A stretch of DNA of 63,475 bases, counting the filler, from Reclinomonas americana ATCC 50394 (lineage: Eukaryota), in assembly GCA_048213135.1 (NCBI GenBank). It is 14 parts of 14 records of this genome, joined end to end, with 100 filler letters (N's around TTAATTAATTAA, not from the genome) between each part and the next. Parts side by side here need not be neighbours in the genome. Positions count along the whole stretch, not along the records: positions 9,923 to 13,671 come from AFZH01023417.1; positions 13,772 to 23,151 come from AFZH01023418.1; positions 23,252 to 27,162 come from AFZH01023419.1; 11 more parts are not named here. One strand, given 5' to 3'. Positions within the stretch are counted from its first letter, which is position 1; every line of letters starts with the position of its first letter. Below the pieces are notes generated by a model. The model was given only the letters and a program-made list of their open reading frames with translations, had not been told where the DNA came from and did no database searches. The translations under genes and the position numbers were made by a program. This document shows positions 11,630-24,805 of the stretch, piece after piece.

Positions 11630-13487
11630 ATGTGGATACCAGTGATCGACTCGCTGCCTGTGTCACCGCGCCTTCGGTTTGTGTGTGTGTGACTGTGTGA
11701 CTCTGTTCGCTTGTTACTCACTCACTCCTCCTCACAGATCGCTGCTCCGATCGACGCTGCTGACTGCGGGTGTCACGCCACTGGTGGCCACGGTGGTCAT
11801 GGCAGTTTGGAAACGACAGCCGCGACATACGTGGCCTCGTGTGGTCGCCGATGTGGCTGGCCTCTTGTCTCTGGAGGTGCGCGCTGGTCGGCCGCGGGTT
11901 GCTTCCTGTGTGCCCGTCACTCATATTATCTTTTCTTGCGCAGCTCATGGCCGCACAAACGCTGCTGGGAACGCGGTTTCCGGCCGTGGAGCGTGTGTTT
12001 GGCTTTGACAGGACCATGGTGTTGCATCGACAGGTGGCGATCGCGCGTGCTATCTCTCCTCGCGAGTTGCAACTGCTGACACACCCGTGTTTGTTAGTAG
12101 ATGGCGTACTGGTCGGTGGGGCTGGTCATGGCGCACGTGGCTCACAAGGCGTGGGGCAAGCCGGTGGATTACCTGTTTCGCTTGCGAGGTCCCGGTCTGC
12201 GGGCTCTCAAGTGGGGCCGACTCGCCTGGTACGGCATGATGTTGTTGCCGCTGGTGGCCTACTACCAGCGCAAGCCGCAAAAACAGGTGAGTGTGTGTGA
12301 GGGGGGTGAACTGGCAAGACGTGCCGGGCAGCAAAGTCAATCGTGTCGCACAGGGGTTCATTCCGTGGAACGTGTGGAAGCCCACGCATTACGCGTTTTA
12401 CGCGGTGGCCATTGGCGCCCTGGCACATGCGCGTGGCATGGGCTTGGAGCGCAAGGCGTACGGTCGTGTCGCGTGGGTGACGACGGCGCTCGTGTTTGGA
12501 GGAGCGACCGTATGGCGTCTGTTGGACCGCTGGCGTCGCGACTCGACCTCCACGTGGATGGTGTCCAAGGTGGAGCACGACACGTACGATGTCACCACCG
12601 TAGTTGCGTGCATCTCCACCGTTCCATGCTTGTTGGTCGATCCTCATTGCTCGCGGAGAGCAGACGGTGCATCACGCCACTGGCACACCGCCACCACCCA
12701 TGCTGCAACGGCAGGCCGGTCAGTTCTGCATCATACGCACACGCAACACGGCACCGGGGCGCTGGTGGATGCGACCCAAGTGGAGCGAGCCGCATCCCTT
12801 CACCGTGTCGTCGTCTCCTCGCGACGGCGAGCATCTCTCGTTCACCATCAAATCAATGCCCGGCGGCTCGTTCACACCGGGAGTGCGGAACTGGCGATCG
12901 GGCATGGAGGTGCTGGTCGAAGGCCCCTTTGGTGTGTTTGTGCCCGACCTCGACCGCGAGCGACACGTGCTCATGATTGCTGGCGGTTCGTGTGCTTCTC
13001 CGTCCCCACTTCCTTCCGCTTCTCCTCATTCTCCCTCTCTGTGCCAGGTGTCGGCATCACTCCATTCTTGGCCATTCTCCGCGACATTCGCCACCGAGTG
13101 AGGCACGAGCCGGGCTTCCGCCCGCCCTCTGTGCGCCTGGTGTGGGGCATCAAGGACCGCCGCGATCTGATGCAGTTCGAGCTTCTCGACGAGTGCACCC
13201 AGGCCGGCTGGCTGCGCCTGCTCCTGTTGTTCTCCACCAAGGGAGCCCTTACCGACACCGCTCAAGTGTCGTCCACTTGCCCGACGCCACCTCCGCTGGC
13301 CACCCTCGCCGAAGGCTTTGTCAGCAAGGGCGTGCTGCAGCAGGTGATGCCCGCGTCCGACGAGCTGCCGCACACCGGATTCTACGTGTGCGGACCGCCC
13401 ATCATGACGCAGGGCGTCTCCAAGCTGCTGCGTGAGGATTTCGGCGTGCCTCCCTCACGCGTGCGCTTCGAGTTCTTCTCGTGGTGA
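11630..13487 (+). CDS. Ferric-reductase-like transmembrane domain fused to an FNR (FAD/NAD(P)H) domain, multi-exon
   Basis: Paired heme histidines (LHRQMAYWSVGLVMAH; THYAFYAVAIGALAH), HPFT FAD motif, EGPFG, AGG|VGITPF, FYVCGP and terminal FEFF. Confidence 0.88.
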
Positions 13488-13819
13488 ACGCCACTAACAT
13501 AATAATAGCACACATTCAATTTTACACACACATCAAACAATCACTTGCCAGCCACACCGCTGCTGCTCGCCCCATCGCCACCAGACAGACCCCACGCCAC
13601 CTGTCGCGGCACCATCGATCCCGGCGGATCCAGCTTGCGCGCCCGACCCTGCGACGGCATCGCCGGTGGCGNNNNNNNNNNNNNNNNNNNNNNNNNNNNN
13701 NNNNNNNNNNNNNNNTTAATTAATTAANNNNNNNNNNNNNNNNNNNNNNNNNNNNNNNNNNNNNNNNNNNNCACTGCTTGCCGACGATCAGCAACACGCG
13801 TTTGACAGATAATCTGGCT

Positions 13820-14111
13820 TGTCCATACACGCAACGTGTTGTGCACTTCGACGCCCGAGTGAAAGGCTCCGAGACCCGCCCAGAACGACCACTCGTTCAC
13901 CTGTCCCAACCGCAAAAATAGAAGAGAGGAAATGTGTGTGAATTGTGAGCATCATCCTCGCACACACACACATGTACACACACACACCCGTGACACGCAC
14001 ACACAGAGAGAGAGAGAGCGAGGCGTGGAGACACACTCTCAGAGGAGGCAGTGAACTCACCGGTGACAGATCGTACACATGAAGGAACACAGCGTATCGC
14101 GGTCGGCTCAT
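13820..14111 (-). CDS. DeSI/PPPDE family deSUMOylase/deubiquitinase, 5' exons (continues into gap)
   Basis: Spliced MSRPRYAVFLHVYDLSP|VNEWSFWAGLGAFHSGVEVHN matches the PPPDE V.L.VYD...G.FHSG.E motif. Confidence 0.85.
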
Positions 14112-14198
14112 GGATCACCAGCACACACACACACACACAATGACTATGAGCACCAGAGAGGATTGACACACGCGTGTGCGAGTGTGCGAGGAGTTGCA

Positions 14199-14361
14199 AT
14201 GGACAGTCGCGGACAGCGCGAGCAGGCTTTGTCCACATCACACACTTTGATGTCTGCGCCGGACGCGGCAACCGCGGCGATGCTGGCGCTGCTGGCGCGC
14301 GTGCAACAGCAGCAGCTGCTTCAGATGCGGCAACAGCAGCAGCAGCACTTGCAGCAGATTC

Positions 14362-14393
<32 letters not shown>

Positions 14394-16039
14394 GAGGCGG
14401 CGCAGGTGGCGATGATGTCCATGCCCACATCACCACCACCTCCGCCGCCGCCCGTTCCGACTCCGCCTCCCGCTGTCGTATTACCTCCGCCACCACCGCC
14501 GCCGGCTCCTCCAGTTGTGCCTGTGTCGTCGCCGCCACCAGCGGCGATTGTGGTGCCCGACAGTCCGTCGTCTTTGGTTTCGCCCGTGACTTCCCCGGGT
14601 CAGCAACAACAACAACAACAACAACAGCAGCAACACACAGCGTTGGCGATGGGTATGTCGGATGGTCCGCGTGTGGTTGGCGGGCGCACCGTGTGGACCG
14701 ATGAGGAGGAGAGTTTTCTGTGGGATGCAGTTGCGTTTGTGGGGTGACATCGCACATCACGTCGTGCACTCACTTGCTCACTCTTTCGCTTGCGCACACG
14801 CTCCCGTGCACGCAGTTCAACTTGACGGGGCGGTTAAATGCAAAGGAACTGTTGGCGCACTTTCCGGAGGTGTTTCATCCGTCGCGGACTGTTCGTGGAA
14901 TCGATGCACATTTCTATCGCTTGCGGTTGCGCTTGCAGGAGAGGACGAAGCGTGGTGCGCCGGCTGTGACGCCCAGTGGGCAACCGTTGGTGTGGCCGCT
15001 GTTTGGGACGGGTGGACCACCGTCGTCGGCGTCGACTTCGGCGGCGACGTTGTCGGCACTGGCCTCGTCGGCGACTCCTTATGGGACCGGAGCGTCGTCT
15101 TTGGCCAGTGCGGGGGCTCCGATGGTGTACCGTGAGCGATCGAAACCATACGCGTCGCATCATCGAGCGTCTCCGCACCGTGGGATGAATGCTGATGGCA
15201 GTGGGCGGAGGTCGGGAGGGACAATGGGTGGTGGTGGTGGTGCTGGTGGTCGTGCAGCGGCGCGAAGGGCGGTGCATGCGGCGGCCATGTTGGCGCTGAG
15301 TGATGATGACGATGATGAAGACTTTGAGTTGGGGGAGTCGGACGAGGATGATGATTTGGATCAGGACGATGACTTGTTGTTGGATGATGAGGACGATGAT
15401 GATGAGGAAAGGAGGAGAAGGCGGAGGCAGCAGCAGCAGCAGCAGCGGAGGATGCAGAAGAGACCAACACGGTCGAGCAGCTCGGCAGTGACCTCGCCCT
15501 CTGCTGCTGCTGCTGCTGCTTCTGAGCCAGTGGCGATGCCGACCATCAGAAGGAGACCATATGCTGTGGCGGTGCCGACGGTGGGAGAACCGTACTACTA
15601 CTCGCACTACGTGCTGCCGTATGATACTGTGGATCTACGTGACCAGCCGCACAAGAGGACCGCGTCGGATTTGCTGGAGATGGCGGAGGAGGTGACGCGT
15701 TTGCCGTACGAGTCGTCGATGGTGAGGCGGAGGTGGAAACGGTTGTTTTTTCCCCCCTTGCGTTGCTGTTGTTGTTGAAACCGTGCGCAGGCGTCGGTGA
15801 CACACGGGGAACCGCTGCGCAAGCGACGCCCGGCACCGAGTGCATCTGAGTTGTTCGACTTGGGTGGCGAGTCGTCGCGCAAGTACCGTGTCGTCCCGGA
15901 GTGTGTGCGTGTCAGCGTGTCGCAGCTGTCGCAGGCAGTCGGTGCCGATGCCAGTCGGTCGCAGTCGTCGCCCACTGTGTGCGATTCTACCGGTGCGCAT
16001 GATCTTCTTGTGGATCTACTTGGGTTCCCTGACGACTGA
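14199..16039 (+). CDS. Q/P-rich protein with a Myb/SANT-like domain (putative transcription regulator)
   Basis: WTDEEESFLWDAV...FPEVFHPSRTVRGIDAHFYRLR has a Myb/SANT-like pattern, with polyQ/polyP and acidic tracts. Introns are inferred. Confidence 0.55.
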
Positions 16040-16466
16040 CTGTTCCCCTTCCCTCACGCAGTGCACACCAAGGCACGACGGCGATTTGTGGGCCGTCGTG
16101 CACAGTCGTTGTACACGGCACCGTCGTTTGAGTTGGAAAAACTGTGGCTGGTGGCTCGGCGAAACGAAAAGAGGTGCGTCGGTGTTTATGATGTGAGGGG
16201 GTGGGAGAAGAGAGAGGATCTGGGAAAGAAGAGTTGTGTGCTTTTCTTTGTGCATTCGGTGATGATCCAAAACCTGCTCCGTGAACTCTGTGAGCGTTGC
16301 AATAACCAAGATCTGGTCTGAGTAGTGCATGAAGATAGCGTGCCTCCTATAGTTGTGCTTGTTCTTTCAATGCACTGGGTGCTTCGGCCGTGTGTATTGA
16401 CTGTGTTGTTTTCGCCTGCAGTGAATGGCCTGCACGGTCGGAGACACTCGACTGGAAGCCTGGCTT

Positions 16467-18504
16467 GCATGTCGACAAGAAAGGTGCGTCATCGGGGTTT
16501 CCTGCTTCGCGTTTGTCTCCACTTATGTGCTGACGAGGACCGGTGTCTGTGCTCTGTTGTGTCGTGCAGCATTCGGGTTGGCGATGGAGATTGAAACGGA
16601 GCTCATGTGCGATCGGCTCTTTCCGATACACGAGCCCACCACCGACGTGTCGCTCGGCTACAACCTCACCCTCGACGTGCGTTCAAGTGCACTGATTCGC
16701 AGTGTGCGATGGATGTCGCCTCCCAGAGGCAGCATGGAGGTCGACGGTGTGGCGTCGGTAGCTGCACCACCTCTGAGCGAAGAAGAGGCCACGAAGCAGG
16801 GTCGAGTGCTGGGTGTGCTGCGCGGATACGCGTGTGCCTTTCTTGTTGATGCGCCTGTCGTTGCGTCTTCTATGTGGGCGCTTGCTGCCTCTCACTTCAC
16901 CACTCTTGCTTACCGTCTGCGCTTGGCATCACAGTGTCTGTTTGGTCGCGGGTTGGAGAACGGCGCGACAGTGTCGTTCCCGTCGCGGTATCACAATATG
17001 ACACCGGAGCTGAGCAATCGGTGAGACCCGCCAGTGTTGGTCACCTTTTTCTTTCTCTGCGGCTTACCCCCATGTGTCGTCAGGTACATTTCGCGACCGC
17101 ACATGGAGGAGAGACGTGTGGGAACAGTTGCACCGGCAGCCGCCGAGACACGGGCCGCAGCAGCCATGCGCCACTCGCGACGCTTCTCGGACGCCTCGAT
17201 GAGCTCGCTGTCGAGTTCATCGCCATCACCGGTACGTACAGTACACACATGCCATGAGCACTGCTCTGTGGTCCCCAAGGCACTGAGAATGCAATGACCC
17301 TTGCGCAGCACGAGTCGCGTGTGGATGTGGTGCAGACGGACACGGAAAAGGAGGCGCTGCTGCTGTTTCGGCGCATGTCGCGTGAGCATTTCTATGTGGA
17401 GCACTGTGCAGAGGGTCTGCCCGAGGAGCCGCTCGTGCGATTTGCACTGATCGTGTTTGGCAAGGCGCCCGTGCTGCTCAACGGTCAGCCTGTGCCTCGT
17501 ATGGTGCGAGTGGCGCTGTGGCACAACTCGTTTATCCAGGTAACATTTTCTGTGTCGTTGCTTTTTGTCAGGCTGTCGTCGATGAACTCACTCTCTTTCC
17601 CCGCTCAGACCTGCGGCCTCTCGTTTGTGTTTGAGACGCGCGAGGAGTTTGCCGACTCGCCGGTTCCTGCACGTCCGGCGGAAACAACAGTGGTGGTTGC
17701 ACCGGCGGCGACCAGCGGTCTCCCCGGTCCCGCACCGGCTCGTGTCGCAGCAAGTCGACTTTCGGCGCTCGCACCGCCGCAGCTGGTGAGTCGCGGCGAG
17801 AGACTATTTCACGTAAGAATGGTGTGCTGATCGAGTATCCCCACCTTTCGCAGTCGGCCGAGGACGACGATCTCGCGTCATTGCCGACACTCGAGCACGT
17901 GGTGCCGTTCCCAGGCTCGCCGTGGAGTTCGCCAGTCGCTCACTCGGTGTCGCCGTCACCGCGATCGCGGCGTGCAAGTGGACCACAGAGCCCGCTGCAG
18001 CGCCTGCTGGTGCGCGCTCGCAAGGCCGCCGCACTCGCGCCACCCTCTGTCCCTGTCGTTCCCGACCGGGAGATTGCGGCGGCGGTGGCAATTGCCAATG
18101 AGGAAGACGCACAGTTGGAGGAGGTGTGGCACGACGAGGACGAGGCACGGTTGAGTCCGTTGCCGGAGACGGTGGAGAGTAGTGGCCCCTTGCCGGCACT
18201 GCCAACTGCTCCCTCGGCTGCCACTGCCGCTCCTCCTGCACCTGCCGCGGCGTCGGCCGTGTCACCACCGCCACCACCACAGCCGTCAACAGCGGCTGCA
18301 GCTGTACCGCCGCCACCACCGCCGTCGTCTGCTCCCTCATCTGCGGCGACAACAGCGACTGTCGGTGCTTCCTCTTCTTCCGCCAAGTCGCGTGCATCGA
18401 CTGGGGGGGCGTCTGGTGGTGCCGCGAACTCGACTGGAACTACGGGTGCGGCGACTGCGAGTGGCGCCAGTGCAGGACGCGCACCGCCTGCTCGTCGCCA
18501 ATAA
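16467..18504 (+). CDS. Hypothetical multi-exon protein with a P/A/S-rich C-terminus
   Basis: Consecutive coding-like ORFs (16425-17024, 17034-17297, 17294-17830, 17824-18504) with GT-AG introns. No family recognised. Confidence 0.45.
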
Positions 18505-18638
18505 TACAATGACGACACGAAACGACACTCACACACATATACGCTTGTTACATTTTTGAGGGGGATTGGTGGGAGAGAAGAGGATCTAGAAAGCAAAGGA
18601 GAGATTGGGATTGGACAGAAGAAAAACACAAGGGCCGA

Positions 18639-21596
18639 TTATCGTTTCCGGAAGATCTTGCGTCGTTGTGAGCGGTACTCGAGTTCCTCGCGACTCATCA
18701 TGATGAAGATGGCGCGACGAATCGAGGCCTTGTTGAAGCCCATGGAGGACAGGAACTCGATGAGTGCTGTCTCCGGCATGGAGGCGTTGACAGCGAGGCG
18801 ACTGCGGATGCGCTCCTCCACCTGCTGCACCTCCGACATCATGTCGTCGGTCAGCGCCATCACGTCAATCATGCCCGACTTGGCGGTGTCGAGTGTCGCC
18901 GAGCGGAACAGCCGAATGGCCTGCGCCACCAAAAAAGGGACAGTCAGGAGGGTGGGCGGAAGACAAAGCTGCCAAGCAAAAAAAGAAAACGCAACTTCGG
19001 CGACGTGCTCGGCAGTGGCCACCGGTGACAGCGTCATCTTGGCCAGCGATTCAGAGATACGCACAATGGCCTCCAGCTGGCGCACGGTAATGGGAATGGC
19101 GGCCGTGCCGCTGCCTGCAGCAGCATCGCGCACGTCCTGTCGCATGGCCACATACTCGTTGCGCAGCGTGGCTGCGGCCTCCTCCGCCAAGCGTGGCGCG
19201 CACTTGCTGCACGTCGACACCAACAACATTCATCAGAGACATTTTCCAAACAAACAAAAAGCAAGGCAACACGAGCAAGACTCAACTGTCGGGCATAGGC
19301 AATGTAGCGTCGCAGCTCCTCCGAGTCGATTTCCGGCGCCGGACCCATGTTCGACGACGACACCTGCTGGTGAATGTGCAACACGTGCGTGGCAATGTGG
19401 CGATCCTTGGCCTCGTCGCGCACATCACGCACAATGAAAATCATGTCGAAACGCGACAAGATGGTGGTCTGGAAGTCGATTTGATCCGTGGCCGCCTGCG
19501 TGTCGTCGTACCTGCCGAACGAGGGATTGGCGGCGGCGAGGACGGCGGTTCGCGAGTTGAGCATGGTGGTGATGCCGGCCTTGGCAATCGAAATCGTCTG
19601 CTGCTCCATGGCCTCGTGAATGGCCACGCGGTCTTGCTCACGCATCTTGTCGAACTCGTCAATGCAGGCCACACCGCCGTCGGCCAGCACCATCGAACCG
19701 CCTTCCAGATAGAATTCGCCCTGTGTGCGCACACAAACATTCAGCACACTCAGGCAAATGATAGGAAGGGTGAGTAGTACTAACACTGCTGTCTCGAATG
19801 ACCGAGGCCGTCAGACCGGCAGCACTGCTGCCCTTGCCACTGGTGTACACGCCCACTGGCGCAATGCGCTGCGTGTACTTGAGCAGCTGCGACTTGCCAG
19901 CCGACGGATCGCCGAGCAGCAGGACATTAATGTCACCGCGGAGACGAGTGCCGTCGGGGAGACGCTTGGAGGAGCCACCAAACAGCAGGCAGGCAATGGC
20001 CTTCTTAATGTCCTCCAGACCGAAAATGGCCGGATCAATGCTGCGCGCAATCATGTCCTGCAAGTCGGGCATGCGCGAGATTTCCGCGTAGCGGCCCTCC
20101 TCCTCCGGATTGAACTGCACCGAGAAAAACAAAGGAGGTGGTGAGACGGGCAGCAATACAAAGGAAAGAAAGTGAGGCATGGGCGCACCAATTCGGCACC
20201 GTCGCCCGACGCCAACTCCAGACCGAGAAGACGCAAGTACGGATGCCGAATGCCGGCCGCACCCACGCCCGTGCGACCGCCGCTACCAAACTTTTGGTAG
20301 ATTGAGTGAATGCCCACCATGCGAACACGTGTGCCTGCGTCCATCGATCACCGTCAGCAAGAGGGCGAAGAGGGAAACAGTGATTGATTCTGCAAACGCA
20401 CCTGGAGCAACACGATCGCAGAGCGTTCGATCGGCCACGCACAGCACATGCCGTGGCATCTCACCCGTCGGCACATTCTCCGGCAGCTCCTGCACCTTCA
20501 GCACCTGCTGGTTGAGGAACGCCGATCGCTGCGGATCGATAATGTACGGATCGACCGGGCACGGCCGCGATCCATCCGGCTGTGCCTCGCTCATGCACTT
20601 GCGCGGCAGCGTCGCCGAACCCATACCCGGCGTCACCGAAATGTACGCCACATGCCCGCAGCTCGCGCACCGAATGCCCAGACGAGTAGCCTTGCACCTG
20701 CACACACACACAATCATCAATCACCGTCAGTCAAATCATCGCCCGTTCGGAAAAACCACCCGACTATCTCTCGCCTCGCCGCACCTCGTCTTGCTGGCAC
20801 TAATGACAATGCCACGCAGGGTGACCAGCTGCGAGATGCGCACCGACGAGAGCACACGCACACCGACCTCCGACGCCTGCCCGCGCAACAGCACCTGCAC
20901 CGGCACCGACAACGCCGGCACCAACTCCATCTCCGCCACCGCTCCCGCCGCCGGCCGCACATCCGTAAACTGAATCGCCTCGTGCGCCGCACTCTCAAAC
21001 TGCACAAGGAGGTTCCAGTCACAGTCGGAGATGGCATGTCACACACACTCAAGCAAACACGAACCGCTTGCATCAGCTGCGCTGGTCGCTCCATCAACGC
21101 ACCCGCCAGCTGCGCATCACAACATGTCACTGTGTGTGAGAGAGCAAGCACGACAATGCGTGTTTTTGTGATGTGCACACTCAACATCTGCATCGTACGA
21201 TCGCAAGTCGGCCAAGTCGACCACGATAAAGCGCAACGACGACGACGGCGCATGCACGGCCTCACGCAGCGCCACTCGATACGGGTACTCGACGCCACCT
21301 CCCGCCGCCACGTCGACATCGACCGCACCTCCCATTGCCGCCGCCGCGCCGCCCGCACCGGCCTTGGAGATGCTAAAGTGGCGCAGGAACTCAAAGAAGC
21401 GCCGCCGCGCCACGTCATTGGTGGCGAGGCCGGCGGCCACGATCGAGTCGTCGTCGCCTCCACCGCCAAAGCCCAGCAAGCCGGCGCCACCTGCTCCGCC
21501 CGCGAGCTGCGAGCCGTCACCGCTCAGGCGGCTGGCGGAGACAAGGCCCACGTCGTTGGCGTACACGGCGCCCACATCCCATCCCGCGCCCGCCAT
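18639..21596 (-). CDS. MCM5: DNA replication licensing factor MCM5 (multi-exon)
   Basis: N-terminus [98 protein letters not shown]. Confidence 0.96.
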
Positions 21597-21709
21597 GTGA
21601 AATTGAAGCGAAGTGTGGTGGATCGCCAGTCGACGGAGCACTTCGGTCGACCTCATCTGCCGCTGAGCGCTCCTCGCGTCGCGGTGTGCACTCTGCGTAT
21701 TGAGCCGCC
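21597..21709. promoter_or_regulatory. 113-bp divergent intergenic region (putative bidirectional promoter) between MCM5 and CWC21
   Basis: Start codons at 21596 (-) and 21710 (+). Confidence 0.6.
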
Positions 21710-22997
21710 ATGTATAACGGTGACTATCTGCGTCTGTGTGTGACTGTTGCACACGTTTGGGAGTGCGGTTGGCGGCAATGTCTCACTCTCGTTGTCTCTC
21801 TCTCCCTCCCACAGGCATTGGTCTGCAGTCTGCGCGTGGCAGGTACGCGACTCGCCGCTCATCTCGCACTGCGCCGCACACACATACACACGCATGTCAC
21901 TCACTTGCGCTTTCATTTTTTGTGTGTCGCGTTGTTAGTGGAACCAATGGGTACGTGCAGCGCAACTTGTCTGCGGTGCGCTTCAAGGCCGGTCCGCCGC
22001 CGAGTCTGAAGGCGGGCCCGGGGTCGGCGACTGGTTCGAATGCGTTTGGGATGGACAAGAGCGGTGGGGCGGCCATGGCGCCACGCAAGGGCGCCAACAA
22101 GGAGATCTTGATGCATGAGGCCAAGCGACAGATTGAGAACGAGGTGAGTGAGTGAGTGGGAGCACAGAGTGGAGAGAGAGAGGGAGAGAGCGTGCTGCTG
22201 AGTCGTCGCCTCTGCAGGTCATGATGTTGCAGGTGCAGCTGGAGGACCAGGGCGTGTCGGCAGAGGTGATTGAGACCAAGTGCGGCGATCTGCGCCGGCG
22301 ATTGTTGGAGTCGCAGCAGCACATGGAGCTGAAGCACAAGTTGAGTGGATCGTAGTTCGGCGTCTGATTTCTTGTGTGTGTGCCGACGATCGCCTGGCGT
22401 CTGCAGGGAGAACGACACGCATCGGCGAGTGGAGAACAAGATGCGACAGCTGGCGACGCTGCGCAGTGGGCTCGGCATTGACTCGCAGTATCGTGAGGGT
22501 GAGGCGTTTGATCCGGTGGCGCAGGAGTTGAAGCGCAAGGCGCGACAGGAGGAGCGGATTCGGCAGGAGGAGGAGGCGCGGTTGCGTGAGGAGCGCGCGG
22601 CCAAGGAGAAGCGTCGCCGTGAGCGTGAGGCTCGGCGAGAGGAGAAGAGACGACGAAAGGAGGAGAAGAAGAAGGCCAAGAAGAAGAAGTTGTGTGCACA
22701 CACACACACACACCCGCTGCATGGTTGGCCACTTGACCCATCTCTCCCACCACCATGTGCAGGCGTTCACCTTCACCGTCGTCGTCGGGCTCGTCGGGAT
22801 CGGCGTCAGAGTCGGAGTCGGATGATGGCGATCGCCGTGGTAGCAGGAGACGCGCCAAGAAGCGATCAAGGTCACCGTCGGGTTCGTCGTCGTCGTCGGC
22901 CTCGGCCTCACCACCACCGCGTCAGCGACGCAAGCGCAGTGGATCACCGCCGTCGTCGCGCACGGCAGCGCCACCACCACCACCACCACCCCCTCCA

Positions 22998-23029
<32 letters not shown>

Positions 23030-23151
23030 GCCACCGGTGGCAGAATCGACGCGCCATCACCGTCGGTCGCCGTCGCCACCGGCGCGCCGCCGTTCCCCAT
23101 CACCACCGCGTCATCGTGCTTCCCGGCGTTCCCCGTCACCTCCACCGCCAT
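21710..23151 (+). CDS. CWC21: Splicing factor CWC21/SRRM2-like (3' end in gap)
   Basis: Spliced MYNG|IGLQSARG|SGTNGYVQRNLS; cwf21 domain EILMHEAKRQIE; GEAFD; RS/P-rich tail. Confidence 0.93.
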
Positions 23152-23321
23152 NNNNNNNNNNNNNNNNNNNNNNNNNNNNNNNNNNNNNNNNNNNNTTAAT
23201 TAATTAANNNNNNNNNNNNNNNNNNNNNNNNNNNNNNNNNNNNNNNNNNNNGAAGCACTGCGCCGCTCACTCACTTTACAACGCCACAAGGACAGATGTT
23301 TGCAATGCTCGCGTGCTTTCA

Positions 23322-24118
23322 ATGTCACTCACTGCGACGAGGTTGAGTGGCCTTCGGGGACAGCTCACTGCGGCTGCGGTGGAGGAGGCGTACTGTGCGG
23401 CGGTGGCGTGCGAGCGAAGTGACGTCACTGGCGACTCGTTTGCGCATCTGGCGTGTCGCGTGGATTCTCTCACAGGTTCACACCGGTGTGTTCCTTACTC
23501 CTCCGCTGCTGCCTCTCACACTGTCGTTTTCTTGCAGTGTTGGAGCAGTGCGTGGCGGAGGATGAGACGTTGTTGTGTGCGGTGAATGCCAGTGGATCGG
23601 CGCCGTTGCATGTGGCGGCGCAGTATGGCAGTGTGGCGTGTGTGCGGTGGCTTGTGTGCGACAAGCGCGTTGATGTCAATGTGCAGGAGACGGGTGATGC
23701 GTACAGTGCGTTGCACTATGCGGCGTTGTGTGCGACTGGAGATCCGTTGGGAGTGGTGCGCGTGTTGGTGGAGGCGGGTGCGGATGTGACCGTGTTGGAT
23801 CGGCGCAATCGGTCGGCGTTGCACAGGGCCGCCGAGAAGGGACACGAGGTGGTGTTGCGGGAGCTGTTGCAGTGTGCGCGTGTGGCGTCGGTGCTCGATG
23901 TGCAAGACAAGTATGGGTGGACGGCGCTGCATTTTAGCTCGTACAATGGACACGAGGAGTGCTCGAGGTTACTGATCGAGGCCGGTGCCTCCACGCGCCT
24001 GCGCAATGCCGATGGCAAGGATCCACTGTTCTACGGCTTTGGTACCTCGCTGCACTACTGTCCCGGTGGCGAGCACTGCACTCATCAGCACCAGCACCGC
24101 CATCAACATCGCAAGTAA
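23322..24118 (+). CDS. Ankyrin-repeat protein
   Basis: Repeats GSAPLHVAA, YSALHYAA, RSALHRAA, GWTALHFSS, GKDPL. Confidence 0.88.
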
Positions 24119-24805
24119 AGGCGCGACTTCTGTTTTGTCTTCTTTTCGTCTTTTTTAAAAAAGAGAACTGTACACGGAGATAGAGACGCCAGAGGAGGCG
24201 AGAGAAAATCAAAGAAGACACAAGGGCCGCAAAAAAAGAACTGATGGCTGACGTTTCTGTGCCGGGTGGACATGGTGGTGCGTGTGGTGAGAGAAATGGA
24301 AGGCGTGTGGGGACCATGAACAACACAGGAGCGCGTCTTCACACCCCACCTATTGTCACAATACCTCAAGAGACCGATACAGCAAACACACACGCACGCA
24401 CACGAGCGGGAGTGTGGGGGAGAGATGGAGAGGAAGTGAACAAAAGACACTGCACGACTGGCTCACGTCGCCACCCGTCAGTCCCGTCCGTCTGTCCGCC
24501 TCGCCCACACCTCCCGCTCCACACACTCGCAAACACATAAAGAGCGCAAGCGGCAACACAACAAATGCAAAGAGTGTAATCGTAATTGGAGAGAGGGAGG
24601 GTGGAGCGTGGCAAGGCGAAAAAAAAAGAGAGGGAGAATATAAGAGAGAGAGACGGAAAGAGAGGTTTCCTTTTTTTCGTGGAGAGCCAGCCATGATTAG
24701 CCACCATCACCAACCACGCCACTACCACCACCACCACCAACACCACCACGCACACATGCGCCCGCACAAAGTAGCACAACAAGTAGGGGAAAAGAGTGGG
24801 CGAGA

